DNA of 63,763 bases, counting the filler, from Craspedostauros australis (taxonomy: Eukaryota): assembly GCA_030167865.1 (NCBI GenBank). It is 10 parts of 10 records of this genome, joined end to end, with 100 filler letters (N's around TTAATTAATTAA, not from the genome) between each part and the next. Parts side by side here need not be neighbours in the genome. Positions count along the whole stretch, not along the records: positions 20,633 to 39,889 come from JALAGF010004741.1; 9 more parts are not named here. One strand, written 5' to 3'. A program made the translations under genes and the position numbers. Of this stretch, positions 25,401-37,315 are shown piece by piece (within the stretch, counting starts at the first letter, position 1; each line of letters begins with the position of its first letter). The notes under the pieces were generated by a model. It searched no databases and was not told where the DNA came from. It saw nothing but the letters and a program-made list of their open reading frames with translations.

Positions 25401-28400
25401 CAATTCCCACGACATCACTGCGACACTATTCAGTCATGACTATGACATAAACAATGTTCTAGATCTAGACAAGACTGCATAGACTAACATCATTGATCAC
25501 TGAAAAGAATCATAAAACGAAGAAAAGGATGATTCTACTCAATTTAATCGCTATCAAATGGCCAAGAACACTAGTAATTTATTTGATCCTCTGTTGTTTG
25601 TTGCTTATTAGCACTAAAAGTTAAAGTGGAAGTGACACCGTGATGGCAAGAGGTGGGATCGGATTCATGTCGTATCGGACTTACACAAGACATGAAAGGA
25701 CATATTTTTGCATCAAAACGCGAGACGACACGAATGTGCAGATCATCGGGAAGATGTTGGCAAATGTGCGGATGCGGGGAAAATGTGCAGATCGTTGGGA
25801 AGATGCTGGCAGATGTCCGGATGAGCAGTACGAATGTTGGCGAATGCGACGTTGTGCACGAAATGTGCAGATCGCAGGGAAGATGTCGACACATGCGCGG
25901 ATGCGCGGAGAATGTGCATGATGTGCAGTGCATGCGCGAGGAATGATGTGTGGAGGATGTTGTTGTAACGAACATGCACTGGCACCATCCGCATGCAAAT
26001 AGCCTGCACTGCGCAGCGCGTTCGATGACAACCACACATGCGGAGAGGCGCATGACGTCGAACACGTGCATGCGAATGCGTGAAGTGTTGCTGACAACTG
26101 ATTTGTGCAGAGCAAGAGTCGATTCACGACGTGCAGAGACGCACCACTCTTTTCGCAGGACGCGTCGACGTCTTCGTCGAATGTGCACATCCTGTGCCTG
26201 TGCTGCAAAACGGTCATGAAGTGCTGGTTCGCATCTCTTTTTGCTCCCCCATGACACAATCACTGATGGGCTATTGTGCAACGGCGTTCCGACGGAAATT
26301 CTTTTCTCCACCGAAACAGAGAATACAATCAACTCAATCGCGCACCATCCACACATCCACGCCTTGACGAAGGAGGATCCGCCTCCGGCGCACATGCCCG
26401 CGCTCCCCATGCAGTCATCGCAGACACAGTCGCAACAATGCAGAAGTGCAACACCCTCCTCTTTTGTGATGCCGTGCTGGCGATGATTTAACTTCTGTGA
26501 ATGCCGCCTGCAGCGACTCCCCATTGTCCAAGGCCGACATCGCTGTGTTTCTCGCGAAAAGAGGTAGAATTGTTCAGGCACATCTTCCATCGGAGGGGAA
26601 GAAAGAGATCACAATGATGTTGATGTGGTTGGACTTGTTGTGTGTGGCCGATTTCTTCCCCAATTCCTCATGCGCGTGTCAGCTCCAATGCAGCCGTCGC
26701 CACCACCCACGTCATACCATCAGAATGCGTTGAAGGACGACTGACGTAGAAACTCCTCGTATCTGGCCATTGGTGCCTTTGTCGCTGATCGCCAGTATCG
26801 TACGTGTACGAGTATCGCGCCAGCACACACTGCCACGCAGAGCAAAACAGGGGAGAGCCAACACCGACAGTGGCATGAGCCTATTGCGTGTGGAGTTCTG
26901 TACATGCCGCGTCCGCATCCTGTGCTCCGCAGCGATACATGAGCAATCACGTCCTTGCAACCATACCAGTACAACACGATGCGAGATGAGCAGTGCTATT
27001 CGAATGACAATCATCTTGCTACTGCAACACACAAGTGCAGAAGTGTCTGTACAATACACCACACCAATAGCAACTGGTTTGTGGCCTGAATAGGGTGCGA
27101 ACAGAGCAGAGTGGAGCGGAGTATTGGAGGAGTAGAGGAGTAGCCATCAGTGCAACAATGCACAAATGTGCCAACAACAACGGTTCACTTCCATTTTGTG
27201 ACGACAGCGGCAGCATGTTTGTGTGGTTCTGCTCTCGGGGCACATTGTGTGTTGTGTTCTTTGGCGCACACAGAGATGGACAAACTCGTATCACGGAGAA
27301 CACATGCTTTGTCGCCTCTCCGAAATCGAAGAACACTGCCCGCGACCAATGAGCTTGTGTTCGAGGAGGCACAGTTGAAGTTCGCCAAACACTGTCGTCG
27401 CCGCAAAATGTACCGCAATCGGACGCGGCGAATGACACAGAAACGAGACAACAAGCGCGTGTTTTTGGGTCCGCGCCAGAATGCCGCGCGAGACCAACGC
27501 GCAACAGAAATGGCCCAAAACCACCACCAAACCATGCACGACGAAAGCCATGGCAACGCAGTGGGGTCGGCATCAGTGGTGTAATGCTTCAAAACATGCA
27601 TCACAATGCATTCGTTGACAGGAGAATGATCAGCAACCACGAGCAGTTGATTCCTCTATTTGTGTTGGCGATTTGCGCTCGATCGAACAGAGACACCGAA
27701 TGCATGAGTGTGTGTTTCGTGCCCGTCGGATGACAGCGCAAGCGAGTCCAACGCCGAGAAACGCTCGGCGCTGTGTGAAGGGAATGAACGACGCAGAAAC
27801 CAGCAAAGAACCAAATCACCACAACAGGCGCCACCAAAACCAAGGAGCACAAACGCCGACAAAAGGAAGGAGGACGACAAACGCGAGCTCTGCTTGTTCT
27901 AAATCAGCTGTGTGGAACTCGCACAGAAATACTATCGATACTACTTGCGTTGAACTGCATTGTCGCAATTGTGTTGGTCATATCAGTCCAAAGTTGGGGA
28001 AGCAATACGTGAACAAATGCAGAAAATACGCGTTTTTTCTGAGCGCCAATTTCCCCTGCTCCCAGATGAAGACGGAGGTACGAATGCTGCATCATCCTCG
28101 TCATCAGCATTTACAGCCATCATTGGCGCGTTGTCGGACTTCTTCGCTCGTCTATCGAATTCTCAAGATGTCCAGACGAAGAAGAGCATGGCGACCAATC
28201 TCGCACGCAAAATGGGCGGCGAAGGCAGGTCTCTGCTGCAGCTGGTCCCCAATCTTGCCAGCTTCCTGGATCGCTACAGAATTTGCGATGAATGCTCAAA
28301 ATCGAACGATGATTCCTCCCATGGCGACCGTTCTCTGCATCACAGCAAGCCCATCCTATCAACGACTAGCAGCGAGCAATCCACTACGACATCTCATTTC

Positions 28401-31400
28401 CGCGACGACGGGGCATCCAGCGCTTGGCACCAGCTATCGTATACCTTCCAAAATCTGATCCGATTGCTATGTGCAGACGAATGGCCAGTCATATTCGTGT
28501 TGGATGGTACGTGCGTGTGTGTGTGTGCGTTTGCGTGTTACATTCTCTCACCAGCCTGAAGCAGCACTTTGATTCCTTCACCCTTCACCTCACCCTTCGT
28601 TTGCATAACTTTTCATCCGGTTCCGTGCCATTCACCTTCGGCGCACCTCTGCACAATAGACATCCAATGGGCCGATCAGGCATCTATCGATTTGATACCA
28701 TCGCTGCTGGTGGATTCATCCATCAAGCAGCTGTTCTTCATCGCTATGTACCGTTCGAACGAGCTGGCCTCCAACCAAACTGTCCGTGATCGAATACACC
28801 AGCTGCAGAACAGCAACGGAAACCGATACGAAACGATTACGCTTGGCGATTTCAACCAAGAGCACGTCACGCAATACTTACGAAGATTGCTACGGCATGA
28901 TGATGATCCTGGGGGTGGTGCTGCCCGCGAAAACCATTCCAATCCCAATGGCGACAGCGACGAAATACAGGATGTGTCCCAAAATGATAAGATCTGCGAC
29001 AGCTCAGTCAACGATTTCACTGATTCTGCTGCACGTCCGCAAAACAATGACAGCAGTACGAGTATGGTTGAGACAGACACTCCTCAGACCAACCGCACGC
29101 AGACCATGCCAACGAGAAAATCATCCATTCTTCCATCACAGCATCAGCTTTCAGCATCATGCTCCATCCATGAAATTGCAACAGTCTTATTTGAAAAGAC
29201 GAACGGCAATTTGTTCTACCTCCGCCATTCACTGGTGCAGCTCCAAAACAAGGGATTCATCCAGTTCGACATGAACAAATGGAGGTGGGTCATCCATTGC
29301 AATGACGTGAGGGAGATCCAGCAGTCACTGGAAGTGGCAGATAACGTTGTAGATTTGGTGACATCGAACCTGCGGTCCCTCCCGAACGTGAGACTCAAGT
29401 ACGTCCTGTTTCTTGCATCCTGCCTGCGGCGGACATCATTTCACTATCGTACCATGTTCCACGTCCTGCAGTGCGAAATTGGAACCCTCCATGATGGTTG
29501 AGAAACCGCACGAAGCCTGTTTCGCGCAGATGCGCAGGATCACGACGGGAACCAAAGCAGTGGACCCAACGCCTTGGCGCATCTGCTTCTCAATTTACTG
29601 AATGAAGCCGTGCACTGCGGGCTGTTGGAGAGCAACGATGATCTTGCGGAGAAGAGCGCTGAGACCGTCGCTGCTTCGCGTGAAGATACCACTTCCGGAG
29701 AGCAGGAACAGACGACGGATCCATCCTTGCGGCACAGCGAGAATGGCTCGACCTCGATTTCTACCTCGGAAATCATCCTCGACCTCGACAGCCGATTCAG
29801 CGTGACATATTCCTTCACGCACGATCGCATCCAATCGGCTGCGAACATGATGATCCCAGAAAATGAAACGCTGCACAACGTCAACGCGAGGGTCGGGAAG
29901 CATTTGCTCAAATTGGCGGCAGATGCAAATCACGGTGAAGATTGGATGTGGTTCACCGCAGTGGATTTGCTGGAGGAATGCTCATCGCAATCAATGCCGT
30001 CTGGAACGTCGCCGGCAACAGCAGCAGGGGCGGCGGTGGCGGCGGCGGTGGAGCCTGCGGATCACAAGGACCTGCCGATTTCGCACCTGGAGCTGCTGGG
30101 GCTAAACTTGAGGGTTGGCGAGACGGCGGTGGAGCTGTCAGCATTTGTTCCCGCGCGGAAGTATCTGCTTCGCGCAAGGGATCTGCTGTTTGCATGTCAT
30201 CCGCCCAATCCATGGCAGAGCCAGTACGCGATGACATTGCGCATCCATGACGAATTGGCAAACGTGGAGATGTTCCTTGGGAATATGGAGGAAGGCAAGG
30301 TGCTGTGTGAGCTGAGCATGCGCAATGCCACCAGCGCGCTGGACAAGTTGCCTTCGTACAGGATATTGGCCATCGCATTCGCCCGTCACGAACGGCATGA
30401 GGAGGCTTTGAAGACCTCTCTGGAATGCTTGTGGATGCTGAAGACATTCCCGCGACGGAGACTCCTGCTTCACATCGCCCGCGACCTGCTTCTGGCGAGA
30501 AAATTCTTCAAGAAGTTCCAAAAGCCGGAGCAACTCCTTGATCTTCCCAACATGGTAGATGAGAAATATCTCCACACCATGACGACGCTGCGGCAGCTGA
30601 GCGAGCCTGCTTTCCATTCCAAACGCATGGGCATCCTGCTGCTCTCCATCCTCCGTCAGATCCGGCTGACAGCAACGCACGGGTTATGTTCGGAGACCCC
30701 GCACGTCTTTGCAGCATACGCAGTGATTTTGAATGGCCCCTTGGGAGATCCGGACGGAGCCAAAAGGATGGTGCAGTTCGCGAAATACGCTCTGCCTCAG
30801 ACGGACTCAAAGATGATCGAAGGACAGACCGAGGTCACCTGCGTGATGTTCGTCGACGGTTGGCGGCTGCCTGTCAAGGAGCTGGTGAAGATGCTCCACC
30901 ACGCTCATGATGCCTCCATGGTGGTCGGTGATCTGCAGACCGGTTACAGGGCATGGGCATTGGCGATCACTACCGCGTACTTATTCGGCGTTCCGCTGGT
31001 GCAATCGCACGATGGCGCCAAGTCGCTCCACAAGCAGCTGGTGTACTACAAGGTCAGCTCCGTCCTGGTTTGCTTTGAGCCCGTGCACGAAGCCATGTTG
31101 CATTTGGCTGGAATTCGCCAAGGGCCGTTGACAACGGATGAAATGCGCCGCATTCCGTCCGCGAAGGCGATCGAGACGTCCGAGATCTTGCGTTGGAGTT
31201 GGTACTGCTGGAGCCGGATGCAGCTCGCTGTGTATTTCGACGTGATGGACATGGCCAAGGCGTTGATCAAGCCATTCAAATCGTTCGGCGAAATCGATTC
31301 GTCGTACGTGGCGGCGACGATCCGGATCTACTTCACGGGATTGGCGCTTTGCCGGCTGGCCCGGTCCACTGGCAAGCGCAAGTATCTGCGGCAAGCTCGG

Positions 31401-31877
31401 AAGGAAATGGCCGAGACGAAGAGCATCGTGCAAGTGAAGGGGCAGAACAGCCTGCATCGATATCTCCTCATGAAGGCAGAAGTAGCAGCTGTGTCAGAAC
31501 CCAACAAGACCTTGAAGGTGAAGGACGCATTTGATACTGCCATCGCAACCGCATCAAAGGCCGGCTTTGTCCATGATGCGGCACTTGCAAATGAAACCGC
31601 TGGGCGCTACTTTCTGCACCTGCAAAAGAATGGATCCGATAATGCCAGCGACGATTTTTGGATCAAGAACTACCTCTCGGATGCCGTCACGAAATACGGC
31701 CAATGGGGAGCCAAAGCCAAGGTCGAGCAACTCCAGGCCACGTACGGCGATCTCTTGCGCAAGGATGCATCAGACGGGGAGACATTCCAGTCCGGTGCCT
31801 TGCACACCACTGCCGTGGAGCCAGCAACACTGTCCAAAACGCACGAGATATTCAACAAGCTTGATCTTGACTCCTGA
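22414..31877 (+). pseudogene. STAND NTPase-TPR paralog 3, disrupted by TAG 22567-22569, a frameshift (or weak 55-nt intron) near 22840, a 5-kb transposon at 23055-28062, and TGA 29499-29501; intron 28507-28659
   Basis: ATG 22414 (ACCATGT), FFGRCDEVERL, Walker A GLLGTGKT, and KPCHLCFGKFGQ (cf. HPCHVGKGKYDQ in paralog 2). After the insertion come AFTAIIGALSDFF, Walker B FVLDD-IQWAD across a phase-1 intron, YSFTHDRIQSAA and YGQWGAKAKV. Confidence 0.85.
23055..28062. mobile_element. Non-autonomous PIF/Harbinger-type DNA transposon, 5008 bp
   Basis: 13-bp perfect TIRs GGAGCAGGGGAAA (23055-23067) / TTTCCCCTGCTCC (28050-28062) and 3-bp TSD CAG (23052-23054, 28063-28065). Removing it restores the host frame (ATAST-DEDGGTN). 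No transposase ORF recognised inside. Confidence 0.85.
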
Positions 31878-32989
31878 GCCAACATGCTGTGGCTGGATAG
31901 GTATCAGGAGCGGTGGCGACATGGAAAGGAGGAAAGCACAGATCCTCCCGAGCGTGGGCGTTGAGGATACTGCATGCACTAGCGTGCAGATGTAGAGGAT
32001 CACACTCTCTGAGTACTAGTATTTGTACACCAAAGTTGTAGACGACCGACAATGATTCGATTGAACTCTTCTGTCCGCAAAAAGACGTCCGCAGTTGGTT
32101 GTTGTACGTTTGGAATCATGATGGGCATGAGCACGAGTATGCCTCTCAAAGTGCAGCCCAAATTCAAATCGCATCCAAAATGTGAGGCAGCGCGAGCTCC
32201 AAGTTCTCCTGTGCCACAGTGGAGCCGAAGAACACCTGCCAGCCACACTTCCCACAACAGTGGCTTCTCACAGTGATGGTGGCGGTTTTCGCGGGTCTGA
32301 AAACGGTTATCTCACCCATTTCAAATTCATCTCAAAATTCAATCGGCAACTTCGCCACGGAAACGAAACATCAAACGAGGGTGGAGATTTGGACTATGCA
32401 TCCACTTGAGTATGACACATGCATACGCAGATACAGATGCAGATGCAGATGCAAATGTAATTCGATGTGAAATTCCACGATTCTCGCAGTGAGTTGGATG
32501 GATGATCTCATGTGGTGCCATCCCATTTTCCGACACAGAGCGTGTGGCCGCACGAAGCGACAAAGTTGATCACCTTGCGTTTACCACACAAATGCTGATT
32601 CGTCCACGATCCATCGCGACGCTGTCAGCATGAACGAAGTGTCGAGTCAACACGCAACACGAAATCGCATAATCTGCGAGTGCACTCATCGTTTCCACCC
32701 TTGACATCTCACAAACGATTGTGAGGATTGGCCTTTGTTGCAATTGAGCGGCTCGTGCATCGTGGCGACCACCGAAAAGAAGAAGGATTGACGACAACTC
32801 ACAACAACAACGTGCTTCACCGTGGAAGTACCGCAAACAACAGAACACCATACTCGTACCGCGTACACACACATCTGCCGTAGCCAGAGCCACGAGGTCA
32901 AACGGCCATTGCTATCGCTATCACCCAGCGACCATCTTTGCTCATTCGTCAGCGCCCATCAAACATCGGCGAGAAGATCCATAATAACC

Positions 32990-33894
32990 ATGCCGCGACG
33001 AACGATCAAAAGCCTGTTCCGTCGTCGACGAGAAGCAAGGGAGAAGAACCAGAAAGACCAGCCGCAACATCAACAGAGGCCACTGCACTGGAGAGCATCA
33101 CGGCGTTCCTCCATGGACGAAAGCGAGGACGGCTCGACGGCATTATTGCTAGCATCCGTATTCCCAGCTTCGCTCGACCTGAACGGTGTTGCACAGAACA
33201 TGGATGGTGTCAAAGCAAAGCAATCCGAGGACTTTGTGCAGCGGTCCGCAAACCGTTGTTGCGACAAGATCAATAGATACGTGAAGCGTCAGGGCTGCAG
33301 TCAGGTGCGTACAACTATGTGAGCGAGTGTGTATGTGGAGCGTCATCTGCGTGTTATCCTCGATCCCATTCCTCGTACACCGTGGTTGGTTTGATTCAAC
33401 ATCCATCGTCCTCAACGAACATCTTCGTCTCCGTCCATTCCTTTGATTTCGTGGATTGACGCCATACCCTGCACGGTGCTGACGGACGACACTGACCCCC
33501 ACCGTAGGTCCTGACCAACAGCAACTTCGCAACCGACGATAGCGACAGGAGTTCGAAGCAGGTCGTCATCCCGCGCGTCTCCAAGAAGGACTGCAATGAA
33601 TGCGCCATTTGTTGGGAGGAGTACAAGAAGGGCGACACGGTACTGTGGTCGGCACAGACCACCAGCTGCAAGCATGTCTTTCACCAGGACTGCATGACCA
33701 AGTTCGTCACGAACCACGAACGCCGCCGTCGTCGGCTGTATTCCCTGTCGACGTCGTTGACTTCTGCCGATCATGAGGCATACGCCCAGGGAGAAGATGA
33801 TGGTTACGAACACGTGAAAATTGAAATCCCGTGCCCGCAGTGCCGTTGTCCGTTCATGAGCTTCAGCTACGATGAGAACATTCGCGAGCTTTGA
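32990..33894 (+). CDS. RING-H2 zinc finger protein (putative E3 ubiquitin ligase); exons 32990-33304 and 33508-33894
   Basis: Phase-0 intron CAG|GTGCGT ... ACTGAC branch ... TAG|GTC. Exon 2 encodes CAICWEEYKKGDTVLWS...CKHVFHQDC...CPQCR. Confidence 0.85.
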
Positions 33895-34320
33895 ACGTCG
33901 GGCTTCACCGATGTCACGAGCAGACGGATGGAGAAGCGGGCGGGCAGGCGGGCACCGTGGTAGAATTGCCACGACGGTTGCCGGCGAGAGCGGTCGTAGC
34001 TTGTCGAATACCACGCATCGTGTAGGCAGTTTCGGTGGAGAGCTTTGGGGAGGAAGGAACTTGTAACGTACTCGCAATAACCAGGTAGGAGCGATGATTT
34101 CACAATTTACCTACAATCACAACTTCCGACTGCGCTGTTACAGCATCGTGTTCTTTCACGACGACTGTCTGCGGTGTTCTGGCTTCCGTGATTTCACACG
34201 CTGCAACTTTGGATTTACTGTCGGTTTCTATCTTTGTGTTGCTGCTGCTGCTTCTTTGCTGGCTGTGGCTTCTGCGGCGCGAATGCTGAGTGGATTCCTT
34301 TCCTTTCCTCTCCTTTGTCT

Positions 34321-35457
34321 CTATGATCGTTTGGACTTTGCGTCGGAACCAGCTTCGCTGCTGTTGCGTTCTTCGAGCTTGGCCATAATCATCTTCCAAA
34401 GGATGGAGAATAGGATCGATGACAGAGCATTCCCAATGAGCTTCGTTCCCAACCCTCGGAAGATGAACATCGGTCCCGATTCCTCCAGCAGCATCGAGAA
34501 TGCCTGAAAGTACGTGATCGATTCCTCCGAAGTCTGCTGGAAAGTCTTGACCACGCGCAAACCGTTGGAGGTGAAGTCGGAAACCATACCCGAGACGAGA
34601 CCGATGAACGCGCGCCGCAAGAGCTTCTGCCGCGCCGTCGTGGCCTTCGGCAGCGTCGCATCGAGCTTGTTGTGCGTCGCGAACCATGGATAATGCCCCA
34701 CGAGGTTGGCGCTCCAATTCCCGAACGCGCCGCTGTACAGGCTCAGGACTCCGTACGTGTGCACCTTGTTCATGATCTTCGCCCATCCTTCTTTGCCCGA
34801 TACCTGCAGGCTCGTTTTGAGCGTATCGAGCGGCGTGATGACGATTCTCCACATCGCGGCCATCATCGAGGCGCAGAAGGTGGCGACTTCCACGGATCCC
34901 AGGTGCGGGTATGCCGCAAATATGGCCCGGACGCCTTCATTCGCGGCCGTGTCGCCGAATCTGGACAGCGGTCCCGACAGCAGGGCGAAGGACGCGCCCT
35001 GATAGAAGCGCGCGATGCCGCCCTGAGCGTAGAGTTCTTTGAATGCCTCGGAGATGGAAACGCTGTGCTTGTACTGGTAGTTGAGGACCGTCCGGAGCCA
35101 CATGAGCAGCATGACCTGCAGGATCATGGCGATGAAGCCTGCGGTGCCACCCCGGAAGGCAGATCGAGCTGCCTGGGAGAGGATCTGTCCCATCTTTGGT
35201 GGGCTGGAGGCCGCATCCTTCTGTGTGCTAGAATTGGGGCCCGCTTCTCCTCCTCCTCTTGGGACTGCGGTGACTGCCATCGTGAAAACCTTTGATCCTG
35301 TCACGCGTTCTGCGACGATACTTGCTGCTGCGGCTGCTGCTATTTGGGTTCCTGTTGCTATTGCCGTTGTCGCTGCCGTTGCTGCTGTTGCTTGGAAGAG
35401 ATGAAGTTCGGATGCTTGTATTTGTGCCAAGGCAATTGAGGATGGTGCACTGATCAT
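34321..35457 (-). CDS. Mitochondrial carrier (SLC25) family protein
   Basis: Three carrier repeats: MWLRTVLNYQY...GGIARFYQG, TPLDTLKTSLQ...GVLSLYSG and NGLRVVKTFQQ...FIFRGLGTKL. Start at 35457 or 35280. Confidence 0.9.
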   Translation of the reverse strand: MISAPSSIALAQIQASELHLFQATAATAATTAIATGTQIAAAAAASIVAERVTGSKVFTMAVTAVPRGGGEAGPNSSTQKDAASSPPKMGQILSQAARSAFRGGTAGFIAMILQVMLLMWLRTVLNYQYKHSVSISEAFKELYAQGGIARFYQGASFALLSGPLSRFGDTAANEGVRAIFAAYPHLGSVEVATFCASMMAAMWRIVITPLDTLKTSLQVSGKEGWAKIMNKVHTYGVLSLYSGAFGNWSANLVGHYPWFATHNKLDATLPKATTARQKLLRRAFIGLVSGMVSDFTSNGLRVVKTFQQTSEESITYFQAFSMLLEESGPMFIFRGLGTKLIGNALSSILFSILWKMIMAKLEERNSSEAGSDAKSKRS

Positions 35458-36100
35458 AGTCTTCGCCTTGCACTCCCTTCCACTTCGTTGTTGGCTGCTG
35501 CCGCTGCCGCTGTTTCTATTGCTGGTTGTTTTGCAGATGCCGTGGATGTTGTTTCCATACAAATGGTCGCGCAGGTTGGTGCAATTCCAATTGTGCTCTC
35601 TGGGGCACGAACTATGACTGATCTGCTGTGGTGTTTGTTGTGTGGTTTGTCAGAAGCTGCTTTGTTGTGGTGATGGGCTGGTTTCCTGTTGCGTTTTCGC
35701 CTTGGTGACGTTGTTGTTCCCCGCATGACCTCAACGAACGTCATCGAAGCCGAAATGTGGAACTCCATATCGACTAGATTGACTCCAATGCACATTGTTG
35801 ACACCGCGAGCGAACACGGACGAATACAGTGATGTTCAAAGTTTGGCCGCCTGAACAGTACCCCAACGGTACCATTCCAAAGGAACACTAAACAACGAAA
35901 TAACAACAACAACAACAACCGAACCAAGGAAAAGGATCGACCATGGCGACGGCGACGGTGCCAGCCCAAACATGCGCTGCTCGAAGGCACACCCAATCGC
36001 AATCGCAAAGGCATTCACATTTGCAAACACCAGGGCATCAATTCCGTACGAATACGGAACCACACGCACTCTGCATTACTCGATCGTACAATAGTTTAGC

Positions 36101-36616
36101 ATGGGATTCCATCTGTCATCGTTTCTTGTCGGTTCCATCTTTTCTGGAGGGGTGGGACTGCTCGTCCATGAGCAACTGTCCCACAGAGCACGGCTCTCCA
36201 ACAAGTGGCCGCTTCGTGGTAAGCGTTGTCACTGACGATGCCTGCGCTGTCTGATTTCGTGTGGGATCCTCTGCAAGGGCCACCTTGTCATCCACACGAT
36301 CGCCATCGTCATCATCGTGCTCGTGTCTTGGTTCGTTCGCTCACTAACCTTCTGCTTCCTATTCAACCATACCGATGATCAATGAATACTGCCAACACTC
36401 TTGTGCCGAACAACACTGGCGCGCATTCGCCACTTTTCCACAGAATGGGCCGAGGCTGAATTCCGAAAACAGGTGTCGACCTTGCGATCCACAATCCAAC
36501 AGGATGCGGACGCTTCCCCGAAGCCAACAACGAAGCTGGCCGGACCCAGCGACATCGATTTGACAAAGCAATGGAATCAGGGCATCGAGAAGATTCAGGA
36601 TCTGTTCCGAAGTTGA
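36101..36616 (+). CDS. Small (96 aa) single-TM protein resembling MICOS subunit Mic12/MIC13 (QIL1); exons 36101-36218 and 36444-36616
   Basis: Phase-1 intron G|GTAAGC ... TTTTCCACAG|AA yields MGFHLSSFLVGSIFSGGVGLLVHEQLSHRARLSNKWPLREWAEAEFRKQ...LTKQWNQGIEKIQDLFRS*, with an N-terminal Gly-rich TM segment and a C-terminal WN motif. Confidence 0.65.
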
Positions 36617-37315
36617 TTGTGCGGTAATGGAAGGAGTGCCGTGATGATGATGATGATGGCAATGCTTGTGCGAATCGCGGAACAAGATGATGCATCAGCA
36701 AGGATGGAGCGTACAGCCACGCATGCGCAGCAAGCAACCACCCAGTTGGCGGAGAGTTCACGGGAATATCGCAGCATCACGCAAGCGATGCAACGAAGTC
36801 AGGAGGGCTGAAGGTGTCTGCGAAAATCATGTCGGAATGAAAGGTGCATAGCAATGCAACCAACCAAAAGAAGGACAACGTAGCTCGACGAAGGGATTTT
36901 GCATGAATACAAGACTTGGATGATAATTCATGAGATGGAGGTTGTGCCAGACCCTATTGCGTGAAGCAACTCAGAGACATCAGTCGGATCTGCCTGTTTC
37001 CATCCTGATCCTTCTACGATTAGATACTGTATTCGAATTGAGTAGTCCATGGTAGTGCCTCCCATTTGTGCTTGCCTCTCTATCAATCTTAGAAACGGCG
37101 GTTTCAGTTTTCGTGTACTATCGGCTCGATCCTGAGCACTGTTACCTGCACACAAGACAGAGCGGTGAAGTGTCCACTCATCGATCATCAACCACTATAC
37201 AGCGTACGTACTACTCGTGGAGAGCGAGGAATGTGGAGTATCAGTTATTGGTAAGACTGAGGAATGCAAAACTATAAAAAAGTAGAGCAGAGTCAATGCA
37301 GAATAGAGGCATCGA

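Noticed and set aside
25571..26590. 339-aa minus-strand ORF and overlapping Cys/His-rich ORFs inside the 5-kb element
   Set aside because: They arise from TGCA/CACA-rich repeats, show no domain motifs, and no equivalent long ORF is present in the second copy at 59128-60844.
29497..29529. Possible 33-nt intron removing the TGA in paralog 3
   Set aside because: Far shorter than the other introns here (153-536 nt), with a weak donor. The gene has other lesions, so a nonsense mutation is simpler.
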